The notes beneath the pieces were generated by a model. The model saw only the letters and a list, made by a program, of their open reading frames with translations. It ran no database searches and had not been told where the DNA came from. Positions 10,585 to 35,542 of a stretch of DNA of 64,000 nt are shown piece by piece. The position numbers and the translations under genes are program-made. Every line of letters starts with the position of its first letter. Position 1 is the first letter of the stretch. The DNA is from Antedon mediterranea (taxonomy: Eukaryota > Animalia > Echinodermata): NCBI RefSeq assembly GCF_964355755.1, contig NC_092673.1, positions 28,765,648 to 28,829,647 of the forward strand. Reading direction: 5' to 3'.

Positions 10585-13500
10585 ATGGTTGACTATGTTA
10601 TACTAGCATATACTTCAGTTACAGCAGCTGGCATTGTATTGGTGTGGTATGCATGGAATAATAGAAGAAGTAAACGGATTGTTTTTGGAAGAAAGTGCAA
10701 ATTGAACGATTTTATGTTGAAGGAGTGGGTAACGTACTGTAACCATGGATCGTTTGGAACAGTGCCTAGAAAAGTTATCGAAACTCAGAGGAAGTAAGTG
10801 TCAGGTCAATTCGGTTATGGGTGTTTGATAAATAAATAGACTCCATTGCTGCTACACTTCCTGTGAAACCCGACCAACAGAAAAGCCCGCGAACACAAAA
10901 TGTCCTTCCGTCTTGCAATGGCGTAACACAGAGGCGTGAGGCCCCTGGATTTAGCCAGTGAACGCTCATAGCTAGACTTGCCCCAAGTCTGTATTATTTT
11001 TTTTAAATTTATTTGTTTTTATTTCGACCGCGATTGTTATCCAAAATCAAGTAGTATACGTATGAAACGCCATATGTGCCAAAATATTTATCTTTTTACT
11101 AATATTAAGACAAAACTCCGTCTGGAACCCAGACTAGCTCATAGCCCTTGCCATTGCTGTCTTGCCAATCCCATGGGATTCGCCTATGAGAATGAGTCAT
11201 TTTCTGTTCTTGGCTTATGTTGTTACTTCTTTTACCGCCACCAAACGACGTTATTATTCCAGCTCAAGTATACATAATGACACGTCATGCGTGCCAAAAT
11301 ATTTCGTATTACCAATATTTGAATCACAGATTCGCTTCACCTCAATCTGCGTGCTACCCATAATATATCTCTGAATACGTTCCTTATCGCGTGATTACAT
11401 AATTTTACCATGGAAATCATTTTAAAAATATTTACCAACTAATAATTTTAGGTTTCAGTTGGAACGAGAGAGTGACCCAGATTGTTGGTACCGTTACCAG
11501 GTAGAAGATATCTATCTAAGCGCAGTTGATAAAGTTGCTCAATTTGTGGGATCTGACAAAGAAAATCTTGTTTTGCTAGACAACGTAACAACTGGTAACT
11601 CACTCTTTTTTCAGATAAAATGTTTTATAATGTTATGATGGAAATAGAACGTATTTAGAAAAGACCAACTTTTAAATCATACTTTGACAAATTATAGCAT
11701 AAATCGAACGATGATGTAGTGTTTCTTTGTGCATGTTTTTCAGGGGTGAACACGGTGATCAAGTCTCTTCGCTGGTCTCCGGGTGACAAGATATTGATAA
11801 CAAATCATACTTACGAGGCTGTTAAGAAAACCGTAGTTTTTGTGAATCAAATGAACCCAGGTAAGCCGTCTGAGGAAAGAGGTCTCTATAACCCAATCTT
11901 GATAATCATCTATGTCGACAAACACGGTATAGCGTTGCTTTGAATATAAACGCAATATAGCGACGCGTAATTAAGATCATTGACGATTTTTTTCTAAAAT
12001 ACTATAAAGCAAGTCGTGTCAAATGCTTTGTAGGCGTGCGCAGACATGATCATAATGTATATATTTATTTCCAACAATACTGACCAACTTTACGTACATC
12101 TCGTGGCAAAATGGCTAAATTGCATGAAAAAAAAAATATCGCATAACAAAATTGTATAGGCCTAAGTATCATTGTATGATTTTTAATTTATGTAGAAATT
12201 GATGTCGTTACCATGAAAATCACCTTTCCCATTGAAAGTAAGAGACAATTGGTAAACACGTTGAAGGAAACGCTTGATGCCAATGAAGGTGTGAAGTTGG
12301 TAATATTGGATCACATGACTAGTGTGTCGGCGCTCTTGATGCCTTTAGAAGACATGATACCAGTGTGCCGACAAAAGAATGTCATGGTAATGGTGGATGG
12401 TGCGCACGCACCCGGGCATGTGCCTCTCGAGGTGGAAAAACTTGGAGCGGATTTCTACACTGGTAATAATGCTTACATTATTTAAGCCAGTGTGCAAATT
12501 ATAATAAGACTCTTTTTCCAGTCACGTCACACAACCAATTCTAGTTGTCAAAGCTCTAAATTGAAAGCATTGGACACTTTTTAAGATTGATTTCCACTCA
12601 AGCTAAATTCACACGTAGGCCTACGTTCCATTTCAAACGAAACAGAATACGGCGTCGTGTTGTTAAATAATGGAAAATCATATATTTAAAATTGAACGGC
12701 GCCGTCTTCCGTTTGTTCCGATCCGTGAAGACGCAACGAAAGGACGTTAGCGCAATTGTGGATTATTCGAATCGCTTGTTATTGGAGTTGGTGGACAATT
12801 CGCTTGCGTTGCGTACGTTCTTTCGATGCGTACACGTTCTCGCGATGCTTCCTAATTAAGGAGAACTTGTTATATTAATTACCGTACCAATACTGTAAAG
12901 CCCAACATTTTCGCGCGCCCTTTATTTTCGCGGCTAAAAAACGATCGCGAAAATAAAGGGCGCGCGAAAATCGCTTCTGTTGCTCCAATATTATGTCACT
13001 GAAGATAATCAATAACAATTAAGATATCAATATATTACGGTACACCATATTATTATACATCTATAATTTGTTCTTATTTTTACAGGTAATCTACATAAGT
13101 GGTGTTTTGCTCCTCGAGGATGTGCATTTTTACATATTAACCCAAAATACTCTGACATCATTCAGCCGTTGGTGACGTCACATGGTCAGTTTGAACCTCG
13201 TTTGTGTGATCGGTTTAAAAGCCAGGCTACCAGGGATTACACGTCATTTTGTGCAGCAATTTCTGCGGTTGAATTTCTCGAAGAAATTGGAATGGTATGC
13301 CGCGGATTTTATTCATATTTTTTTTCATATTAATTATCATATTTCATAAACCGCCTTATGGTGCAAACGAATATGTATCATTATGTAGACCAATTTTACT
13401 TAATTTTATTTAATATTCATTTGCAGGATGCCATAACTCATTATAATACAAATATGATCGAATGGGCTGCAGACATGCTTTCAAACGGATGGGGGACTCC

Positions 13501-13768
13501 ACGTCTAGCAATACATCCTACCGTGAGGGCGCCTTTCATGGCGCTTATAAAGTTACCAAGAAAAGATGGTGATAAATTGCCTGCTGTGAATTACGCAAAT
13601 TCCGAACAACTAATATCTATATTTTACAAAAAGTATGATATTGTTTGCGCATTTACAGTTGTAGATGGAGAATTTTGGGTTCGAATTTCAGCCCACATTT
13701 ACAACTGCAAAGAAGATTATTTTAAACTAAGAGATGCAGTGTTAGCGTTGATCACAAGACTAGATTAA
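10585..13768 (+). CDS. PLP-dependent class V C-S lyase (Egt2/LCD/CefD-like), paralogue 2, complete. Exons 10585-10793, 11452-11594, 11744-11860, 12196-12462, 13086-13294, 13427-13768
   Basis: In-frame GT-AG joins. Motifs YCNHGSFGTVP, LDNVTTGVNTV, ILDHMTS, VDGAHAPG, GNLHKW and WVRISAHIYN. Hydrophobic N-terminus. Confidence 0.92.
12893..13040. mobile_element. Short TA-flanked palindromic MITE (Tc1/mariner-like) containing a perfect 26-bp inverted repeat (12907-12932 / 12946-12971)
   Basis: TA|CTGTA...TACGG|TA termini; ATTTTCGCGCGCCCTTTATTTTCGCG and its exact reverse complement separated by 13 nt. Confidence 0.6.
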
Positions 13769-14406
13769 AAGAGATGGACTATTGACTCTGCACTAGCCTA
13801 TATATACACTATAGATAATTAAATAATTAATAAACATTTGATTAGCGTAGGCCTATATCTGACAACATAAAACAGTGTTTAGTTAAAGCTTGGTTCCCAC
13901 TAAAGACGCAACGCAAGGACGTAGACACAATGCAAGCGAGTTGATCAATTGCATGAGTTCGAATCATCGCTTGTGCACAATTGGTTTTAAAATAACTTTT
14001 GTTGCGCCTCTAGTGGGAACCAAGCTTAACTACGGTAACCTACGATTTAAATAATAACAGAATGCTTCCTTGAATTAATTATATATAAATACCGGAACAC
14101 AAATAGTAATATTTGATTATTATAAAGCATACGTTGCATTTATGTTTATTTACATGGTTCGAAGAAAGGTGATGGGTGATGGAAAAAGTGAATAGGCATA
14201 TCTTCTAAAGATCTTCTAACACAACGATAAAGTGTTTCTTGATAAAAGTGTCCCCTGGAAAGTTATTGGCCGTAGCGTTAAAAAAAGTATAATACACATT
14301 CGATTATTCCACACGAAAGTTTCTCCTTAAAAGAGTTCCTGAGTAGGGTGTACTAAAGGAGGATCGGGGTTCTACTTATAACAGTCCGCGGATGTATCAT
14401 TTAAGA

Positions 14407-14793
14407 CCAAGTTACACTAGGACGATAACGATCGACGATAAATAGATAAATATGCATTTTTCATACACAAAACAAAGGAAATCTACAGAATTTTCATCCT
14501 AGAATTATCATGGAGAACCATATATGCTGCCTTTGATAACAATTACATTTCCACATGCCCAATTAAATGACGTAATGATCAGTAAAAGCAATAATATTGT
14601 GACAATACAACGATGTTATTGTTTTTATTGATCATGACGTCATTTGATCGGATTTAAACAAATATTGTTTTTATCAATGACAGCATAAATGACTTTCCTA
14701 TAGTTCTGAAACGAACACTTTTCCAATTAATTTTGTTTTATGTAAAAAAAATATGTATGTTTATCTATTTATCGTCCTAGTTAAGAAACCTGG
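14407..14793. mobile_element. ~390-bp foldback MITE
   Basis: Inverted ends (ACTAGGACGATAA, CGATAAATAGATAAA / TTTATCTATTTATCGTCCTAGT) and a central 36-bp hairpin. Confidence 0.65.
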
Positions 14794-17700
14794 AATATAG
14801 GAAAATCCACATGCCCATACAAAAAAAAAACAACTAGTAACGTGTGCAATATCAGCCAATCAATCACCAACCTAACGGTCACAATTTTTGTTGTCAGTAC
14901 AAATTCTTTAAATTCTGATGCGACCACTGAAGAAAGAGGGGTTATCGATATTAACACAGATCGATGCCGTTAAGAATGTCTCACTCCAAACAACGATCAC
15001 AGTCGTGTAATGTTAGCTAAAAACAAGCTATTAGGAACAAGATTATACGTAAACAAAGAACAAAACAAAATTTAATTTCACCTCAGACAATGAACACACT
15101 GGCGGTATACGGGGCTTATATATTTCGATTTTCGTTTAACCCCCCGCTACTCAAGGTGACAACCAACTTATCGATTAATTACTGAAAGAACTTCTTTCCA
15201 TGTTGTAATTACTGTGACATGACAAGATTTTTTCGTTTAATAGTCTTCAATTTATTTCAGTTTGAATTGTTGATGGATTGAGGTAGGCCTATGTATAAAC
15301 TCTTTTTACACTATCATACTAGTTTGACAAAAAAGTGTGATGTGCCCAAATAAGGTAGTGATATGCCCAAATATGGTAGTCATATGACCTCATCATGATG
15401 GTCATATATGGGCACATCACATTTTTTTGTCACATAAAGATGGAATCGAATATTGCGTCTCTTCATAGAGCCTGCCTCATGTTCAGAATACACATGGTTA
15501 ATTTGCGTATTGAGAGTCAAAACAAAACTTAAAGATGTAAAAACATGAAGAAGTAAGATTAATTAAATCAGATTGTGAATAGGTTATTTTACAGTTTTAA
15601 TAAAGTTAATCACATTCAAAGAAAAAAAAAATAGTTTTCACTTATAAAATAAAATAATAAATGTTAGATTCAACCAAAAACCCAATGAATTACAGGGTTT
15701 TTTTTTCAGGTAAATACATTTTTTTAGATCCAATTTGTTGTCAAAGTGATTAACTATTATGTGAAATTAAAATGTCATATTCAACAAAAACAATTATTTT
15801 TCAGGAGACAATAGATCTTTGAAGTTAGGCCGATATTATTTCAATGAATCTTTTGGCCTATGGAATTTATATTACAAAAATGGATAAAACCACGGATTTT
15901 GCCTGAGCGGCTAATTCTAAATCACCACACTGAATGTAAAAAAAAACTATTTATTCCTCAAAAAGAATGTCATTAAAATAGACATAATGAACTTAACAGT
16001 TAATTTGCCACGTCGAACCTTCTATTCATTCATGCTTTATTTTCTCACAAATTCTTTACCATTTGTTTGGTAGCTTTTTGAATTTTAAGTCACCTATTCA
16101 TTCAAGGATTGCAGGAAGAGTTGTGCTGTATAACAATCATTCGTGAATCAGATTATTCCTCTAAAATCAGATTGATTTTATGAATGGTTTTAGGCAACCT
16201 TAAATCTTGCATTGCATAAATGGTAAGACTTACAAATAAGCTATCATCTTCACACACAATAGGTTTAAAACGTCCGAAAACTTAGGAACCAAGTCTGCAA
16301 TTCTGTTATGTTACAATTTCAACCTCATGGTTTTTTTTTATAAGTATGGAGTAACAGCTATGAGCGCTTACTGGCTAAACCCAGTGGCCCCAGAGCTAAT
16401 AGGGCCTCTGAGCAGGACCCAGAGGAGAAATAAGGCATTAAAATATGTCGAATACGGTAAAAACGTCCCGAGGCATCAAGTGTTGGAGGGCCTCTTAGCG
16501 TCCGTAAACCAGGGGCTTCAAGCCTTACGTTTAAAAGGGCCCTATTCAGAAAGACAGAAAGTATTGTATATACTACTTACAAAACGTTGTCCTGTGGCAC
16601 TGCTACTAACGTCGACGTTAAACCAAATAAACGTATAATTATAATATACCTTTGTTTCATTATGTTTATATAAACATTTCATTTCGATTCGAAACAATAC
16701 TCTTGGTAATAATTGGTACTAACACGCCATATCCGGTGCAAATTACATGACAACACAGTCATCCTCCCATAATAAGAAAACTATACTTTGATTTGATTCA
16801 TACATCGAGTATAGTGGTAATTTTTTTTTTTTTTTTTTGGAACAAATGTCAAAACCTTATTAAAACCAAAATGTTACAAAAGGGCCTACACATTATTTAC
16901 ATTCAATACCAACATGAAGAATGGAAAATCAAACAATAATAATGTGTGGACACGTCTTTAACTTATATTGATTAATATTAACTTAACTGTTTCTGAACAT
17001 TTGTTCTTGAGAATGGTTCCATGATGGTTGCGAAACGTCGATCTTTTTTGTCATTGCATTTTATTTTAAAGTTATATAGTAAACGTCTCTTAATTCGTTT
17101 ACTTTTTTTCTGATTCTAATTTAAAAAATCAGTGATAATTATAACATTTTACAAAAATGTATGTGTCCCTGGATTGAACGATCGATCTCTCGAAATGTCA
17201 CCGTATTAATTAAGATTATTGACAACGATTCAAGGACAGAAACTTTGAAAAGATGGTACTGGTTGGATGTTTACAACGGTGGATAAGCAGCTTTGTTCCA
17301 CCCCATTTACCGCTGGTATAAAAAGAGTGGTCAACCAAACACTGACCATTTCTGAGGAGAGCAAGACATTCGGCGGGACGATTGGTCGCTTCAAGTGTGA
17401 CGGCATGTTTGACAGGTAATCTTTCGAAACTAGAATCGAGGTAGAAACTATATTTGATATGAAGATAGTTTTAACAAATAGGTAGGACATTACCTAATAT
17501 CATAATTTTATAAGAGTTGACATTTTAGAAATTAAAATTGATGTTTAGGTCATTATATAGTAGCCTACAATTTGGTTTCCACTGGAACGCAACGTAAATT
17601 AGGCGTACGCGTAACGAAAGTGATATGACCAATCACAAATTACCTGTGTTTTGCGCTAAACAAATTTAAATCAATCAATCAATCGTTCGATTTATATAGC

Positions 17701-20588
17701 GCCATTCCAACATTCATTGCTCATGGCGATGAAATTGCTTCAAACAGATGTAAAGCAATGTTAAGTAGATCATAAAGTGTTGTCTAATTTACAATATTGC
17801 CTTAGGCCTATAACAACTTTTTTTCTTACATTTTACATATAATTAAAATGTAGTTACCAATGCCACAATGTACGGTATAGGGTTATATAATCCGGTGGAA
17901 TAGACCTCTCATTCAAATTATCTACAAAAGATATGCAATTGTAGGCTACCTTTTGTAATTGTGAGATTCATAATCTTTAAGTCAGACAATATGGACAACT
18001 GAATAGATCGGATTACTTCAGTTGATGATCTTTGTAACAGGTTAATTCGTTTTCTACCTGTTAGTAACAGCAATTGTTGCTAAGTTTTTGGTTATTAAGT
18101 AAAGTCAATTAGACGGATTAGGCCCCTGGGGATATCATCATGTTAGCATTGAATAAACGGAACTCATCAAGGGTAGCCATAGGCCAAACCAGGGGACGTT
18201 TCGTATTGAAAGCAGCCAGGTTTTTTCAAATTTAAACTGAGCTAAAACTAAATGTGCTTGGTTAATACCAATACGTAAAAGTAGATACGACGACGGCGGA
18301 TCGCCTTTTCTTGCAGTCAGTGTAGGCCTAGCAGTAGTACGATCTGTTCTGATTCCAGGCCCTGCGCGTAGGATCACTGGGCTAAGTCATCGAATCGGCC
18401 ACCACCCAACCACCACAGTGTGTGATACTCCATGGTGATAGGCATTTCGGTGGACTTACTCTTGTCAGGCGGTAGGCTAACCTAGACCTTATTTTGTAAG
18501 ATATACCTCTAAAGTACTTACCATATCATCCTACAATGTGGCAAAGTGTAGAGAAATCCATATTAAGATTCATCTTCTAATTTTACAAAATTATGTTGTA
18601 TTTTGTTTAGGTTTAGGCTTCCATACTTTTTTTCAAAACTGCCGCCTCCGGTAGCTCCTCATCTAAAAGCTTAGCGTGAAGAGCTGAAGCTTTCACATCC
18701 GGGGTCTTCTTGACTGCTCTCATCTCTGATTGGTTGTAACTTTTTTTTCTCCATTTCTTGTACCATTATATTGTTTAGACTAATATTAACTATGATTATT
18801 TCTGTCCATGCCTTACAATATCAACTGTGAACATGCACCGGACCTACTTAACCCAAAAAACAAAGATTGTTGGAAGTAGTAGTCAGGTCTCAGCCCTTGA
18901 TTGTCCAAACGCAATTCTTGATAAACTTAAGTCCAAGAACTGTGTATGGACATCAGTGGTTGAGGCTGTAATGTCAACAGTTTACTTCTACCAGAGGGAG
19001 TGAGATTACTCCACTTTTATTTAAGCTCATGTCGTATGAACGCACGTTAAGGCCGATGTATACAGACGAGCGGCGGCGTTGGTAAATAATAAGCGGGAAA
19101 TATAGAATCTTTTTCTTATGATTTACCATTTACACAAAACGCTTTTGATACGCACTATCCGCTTATCGACCGTTTATAAGGTAGACACACGGAAATTTCG
19201 ATATTGTATGATAGGTCTTTCTGATTTTACCGTGAAACTATAATTATAGGCTTGGCCACTGAAGGGTTTCAATCCTCACTGGCCTCCATTAGGACGTAAC
19301 GCAAGGGCGTAACCGCGTCATTATCCGCCGCGTCGTGATTGGTCAACTCGCTTTCATCGCGCTTACGTACATCTTGAGAACCAATCTTCGAGACATTCCT
19401 CATCGCTATACTGTATACAAATATGAAATTAACGTCATATCAAATGCTATAATTACAATACGGGATAGACAATTAGGCAATACCTAAATCTGGGAAAGTT
19501 CCCTCCTCCCATTGCAGTGCCGTTATACACCTCGTAAGCCGATAAAGCTTTTGAATTGTGAATAAGCTCCTTTTTGGTCGTCTCAAAGCACTATCTTGTC
19601 TGGTAATAAAGTACTATGTAATAGCCTAGCAATCGGATTATCGTGAGATTAATATTGATTGCATCTCGTCCCATTGATCAAATGAAGCCATCCTTAATCC
19701 CTTCATTGTCATGTCTGCCTTTAGTTTTGCCGTTAGTGTTGATACAAACTTAATGATGTACTTATACACAAACTGGTACATATTGATTATGTGATGGGTT
19801 TGATGTTTTTTTACTTTAATCTTCATTATTTATTTACATGATGCTATATTAGAATATAAACAAATGTTTGTACACAAAGTGAAACATTGTAAGTCCATTG
19901 TTGTCTCGGGTTTTAGCAATACGTTTATCGTTTCACAAGATCACAATATAAACACGTCATGGGAAAAGATTTACAAATATAACATTTATTTTACAATTTA
20001 TTTGACAGTGAAGATATCACATCATTTGTTCGCTGTCTTTATGATTCAGTTTATGGTTCTTCAATACCCCATTTAGGCGCGGTTCCCACTAGAACGCAAG
20101 GCCGTAAACGAAAACGTCAAGCTTGGTTCCTACTAGGACGCAACGCAAGCGAGTTGACCAATGACAAACAACAGGTCGAATAATCCATCTCGAAAATAAT
20201 AAATGGATTATCCAAACTGTCGCTTGCCATTGGTCTTTGCGTAAATTGTGCCCTAGTTGGAACCAAACTTTAGATTATTTTTTAGGGGGACAATATATCT
20301 TTAAGTACAGTCTGGATGGATCTCATCCACCATGTTTTCACTTTCATCTACCATCTCTGTATTTAATATTCGTACTTTTTCATCAAAGGGTCTATTACTA
20401 TATTATGTTTTATATTACGTTTTGATTATTTCTAAACTTTAAATCAGTTGTCATAGAGACCATCTCACATTATTCCTGCCAACATTTCCAGGTTGCGCCT
20501 CTCATAATATCTTGTGAAGATTGTTATCCAGTAACTGTATTCTTCCTCCATCTCATTGATTGCATTCATATAAATTCACATTGTGATG

Positions 20589-21812
20589 TTATCCTCCATG
20601 TAAAGTTGATATAAAGGTAATCTTGTCATTCTCTTGAATTTCATAGTTTAATTCGCCCTACAAAATACAAAATACAAAAATACAAAAATACAAAATACAT
20701 TTATTTAAAAAGAAAGAGAAATAAATGTTAAAAGTAACAAATTAAGTACAATATATTATTAAAACATTTTTAAAATACAAGAATAAAATTATAAGAATTA
20801 TAAAGTCACTTACAAGCAGTTCCCAATCAGCATCGTTCACCAGAACTAGAATTCCAGGTCGTCTAAAACAAAACAAAATTAATTGTAAATCCTGATAAAA
20901 ATACACTTGCAAAATAATCTGGACTTGATAATATTTGCCGATTAAAAGTTAGTCACTGTGCATATTGAGACAAAATAAAAATCTCTCTGTCTACACTATC
21001 AAACTAGTTTGACCAAAAAAGTTTGATGTGGCCAAATACGGTAGTGATATGAATCATCGTGTCTATATACGGGCACATCACATAAGTTTGTCACATAAAG
21101 TTAGATAGTGTAGAAAAAGCCTTACAAACTGACTTACATCGAGTCTCCTTGGATGAACAGTTCTGGGCGTTCTTTTAACATGTTATCCTTAATCCATACA
21201 AGTAACTTTTTTATTGTCCCTAAAAGGCAATGAAGATTATGTAAAATTATCACTTTTTTCCAGTGGCTACTGAGTGTACTTCTTTTGATATTCTAATCAA
21301 TGAAAATATATATATATAAATTTCTTACATTTATCATCCACTTTCTTTAGTTTGACTTCATGGTTCTTAATTTTATCAAACAGTAATTCTGCTCCACCAC
21401 TGAAATTATTTTAAAATGATTAACTATTTAATATTATTTAATAAGTAAATACTGTAGGCCCCTACTATTAAATCATTTTTTGGTTGTTGCCTATCCCACT
21501 AGCTTGACCTAGTAGTAGCATGGAGGTAGGTAATGGTAATACAGTACTAGTAGTAAGTAGCAGCCAGCCTACCGCTGTCGACCGTGTACTGTCAGGCGGG
21601 TCGGGCTCAAAAACCGCTCCTTGCTTAGCACAGATTAGGCTTAGTCTAGGCCTAAGCTAGGTCAATTAAAGGCCAGTCGTACAGTTATTATGCCAAGGCC
21701 TTCCTACAATATTCATAAATACTTTATCGAAATATTAATTGAAATATCATAAGAAAAAACAAAATAAATACCTAAATTCTAGAGTTACGCAAACATCACT
21801 GGGCGCCGCCAT
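20589..21812 (-). CDS. URM1: Ubiquitin-related modifier 1 (103 aa). Exons 21772-21812, 21329-21399, 21138-21219, 20814-20862, 20589-20657
   Basis: The joined translation is [25 protein letters not shown]...[66 protein letters not shown], with the diagnostic HGG end. It is absent from the ORF track because the exons are short. Confidence 0.97.
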
Positions 21813-22852
21813 GTTTAAAATCTGAAACGCCAAAAGTGCGTTAAGTGAATGTGGCACGCCGCTGGTGCATTTGCAATACAACAACAAAATACAAGAAAAA
21901 ACACGGTAGTTTTAATTGCACGCTTTATTCAATATGACACAAACATGGCAGGAAACACTGAAACTATAAATACTTTTTCTTTTAAAACAATCTACTGTAA
22001 TAAAGTAAAGCTATGTATTAAATAAATTGAAAATTATATGAAAATAATAAGGTAATATTCATAATCTAATAATAAGCAATATTCATTCATTTTGAATATA
22101 TCATCTATATATTTATTTCAGTTAAAACACATTTATTGTTTATCATCTCTCACTAGGCATTGCCTAATTTGTTTAAATTAAAAAATTGAATGTTACTTCA
22201 CTTAAACATAAAGTTTTAAGCAAAAAAGTGTATATTTTGGTTAAAAGAAAATCAGCTAGTGATTGCTGCATTTGACCCTTTTTATGTCATACTATCTCTT
22301 TTTCCCATTTTATCATAGTTTATTATGTTTTCACGCTGCTGCTCTAGCCCGCTACGTCACACGAGATGACTCATTCATTAGATGAAATCAAGCAGCTTTA
22401 TAGTACTACACTTTGACATTTTTGTTAAAATGGAAACTCGACTATAATTTATAGGTACCACCTGTTGAATCCAAAAAACGTCTGGGAAAAGAGTCTAACG
22501 ACAAATCCCAAAGCATTTCTGGTATTTATGAGTCCCATAATATTACTAAATTCGCTGTCAGATAATCATTGAATTATTATCAAAACAGTCCATTGAAGTT
22601 TTTGTTTGTAATATGATACTTGAAGTATCTAGGCGTGATGAAGTGACCCCCAGACTTGACCTTAGCAATAACAATAAGCGAGCACCGTTTTTTGTAAGAA
22701 ATATTCTTGTTTATATGTGACAAGCAAGACAAATTTCAAACCAGAGTGCTTGACTTAATAAAATAATAATTCAATTGAATTGAATTCACATACAAACATA
22801 CTGGATCAAGTTACTTATGCTGTTGCATCCTATAGTGGGAATTAAGCTTTAA

Positions 22853-23191
22853 AGATGTATTGTCCCCCAAAAACATGAAAATGAAGATTAATTAAATCAG
22901 ACTTTGAATAGGTTATTTGGTAGTTTTAATAAAGTTAATCACTTCTGTGGAAAAAACCCAGAAAAATGTTTTCACTTATAACATGACATAATAAATGGTT
23001 AAATTCAACCAAAAATCCATTGGCTGGCAGCTAATTTGACTATTTTTTGCTTTAAATTACAGTTTTTTCAGGTAAATAATTTTTGTTTAGATCTAATTTA
23101 TGTTCAAAGTGGATAACTATTATGTGACATTAAAATGGCATATTCAACAGAAAAATGTTTAATAATTATTTAATTAGAGGACAATACATCT
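22853..23191. mobile_element. Kolobok-like non-autonomous element (TTAA target, TIR AGATGTATTGTCCCC). Other copies ~15533-15818, 46263-46548, 56739-57085; fragments ~5160-5341 and ~49300-49450
   Basis: TTAA|AGATGTATTGTCC...GGACAATACATCT|TTAA at 22849-23195 and 56735-57089, with a shared internal sequence. The superfamily is inferred from the TTAA TSD with AG..CT ends. Confidence 0.75.
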
Positions 23192-23383
23192 TTAAGGTAA
23201 CATACATAAAATGGAATGTGTATATTCGTAATTATTAAATCCGCAGTATTATTTTAAAATAAATGATTACAATATTATAAAACAAAATAAAAAAAAGTGA
23301 GTTTTTTCTTATATTATTAGTGAATCCTCTGGTCAAAGAGAAATATTTTACCTAATTGTGATTGGTCAATATCGCTATCCCTC

Positions 23384-35020
<11,637 letters not shown>

Positions 35021-35542
35021 TTTAATTATTTTACGATAATTTACAAATCTAAATCGAATTTAATATCTAAATCGAAATCAATATTATGTAGGATAGGTCA
35101 ACCCTCAAAATTAAAAAAAATAATATTTTGTTTTGGTGGTGGAGGTAATCATTTTGAAAATGGAATGCAGGGAAGACTGAGCGGTTTATTCATTGATTTA
35201 GAACCCTTCTGTTAAATTCTATTTCATACTACTATTAGATTGCTTTATTGCAAAAGTTTACTTGTATTTTTTTTAATTAGAAGTAATATATCAAATATCT
35301 GTTCATTTTGTAATTCTATGATTTTAGAATAATTAAGTAAACAATTGATAGAGTAAAAACATACTTACATGAAGGGAGTATGTACAAAAAATACAATTCC
35401 TCATTAGTTTCCTACTGAGGGCGCTATTTGTATTGGATTTGAGAGAAAAATAAGGATGTGTTGATGATTTAACTGAATTTATACTAAAAACTATATTTTG
35501 TTACTTCCCATGTTTAGTATTTAGCTTCATTCAGGTAAGAGT

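Noticed and set aside
16327-16638. 103-aa ORF
   Set aside because: No recognisable domain; its start matches a dispersed repeat also present on the minus strand near 10940-10975.
17000-17045. Penelope-type minimal hammerhead-like motif (CTTGAGAATGG...CGAAACGTCG)
   Set aside because: The core deviates from CUGANGA and stems I and II pair poorly; at most a decayed remnant.
18160-18205. Minus-strand CGAAACGTC...TTGATGAG hammerhead-like words
   Set aside because: The required stems I and II cannot form.
18300-18352. Scattered similarity to the U2 snRNA 5' end (ATCGC, CCTTTT, AGTGTAG, ATCTGTTCT)
   Set aside because: The spacing is wrong, stem I and the Sm site are missing, and the match is probably chance.
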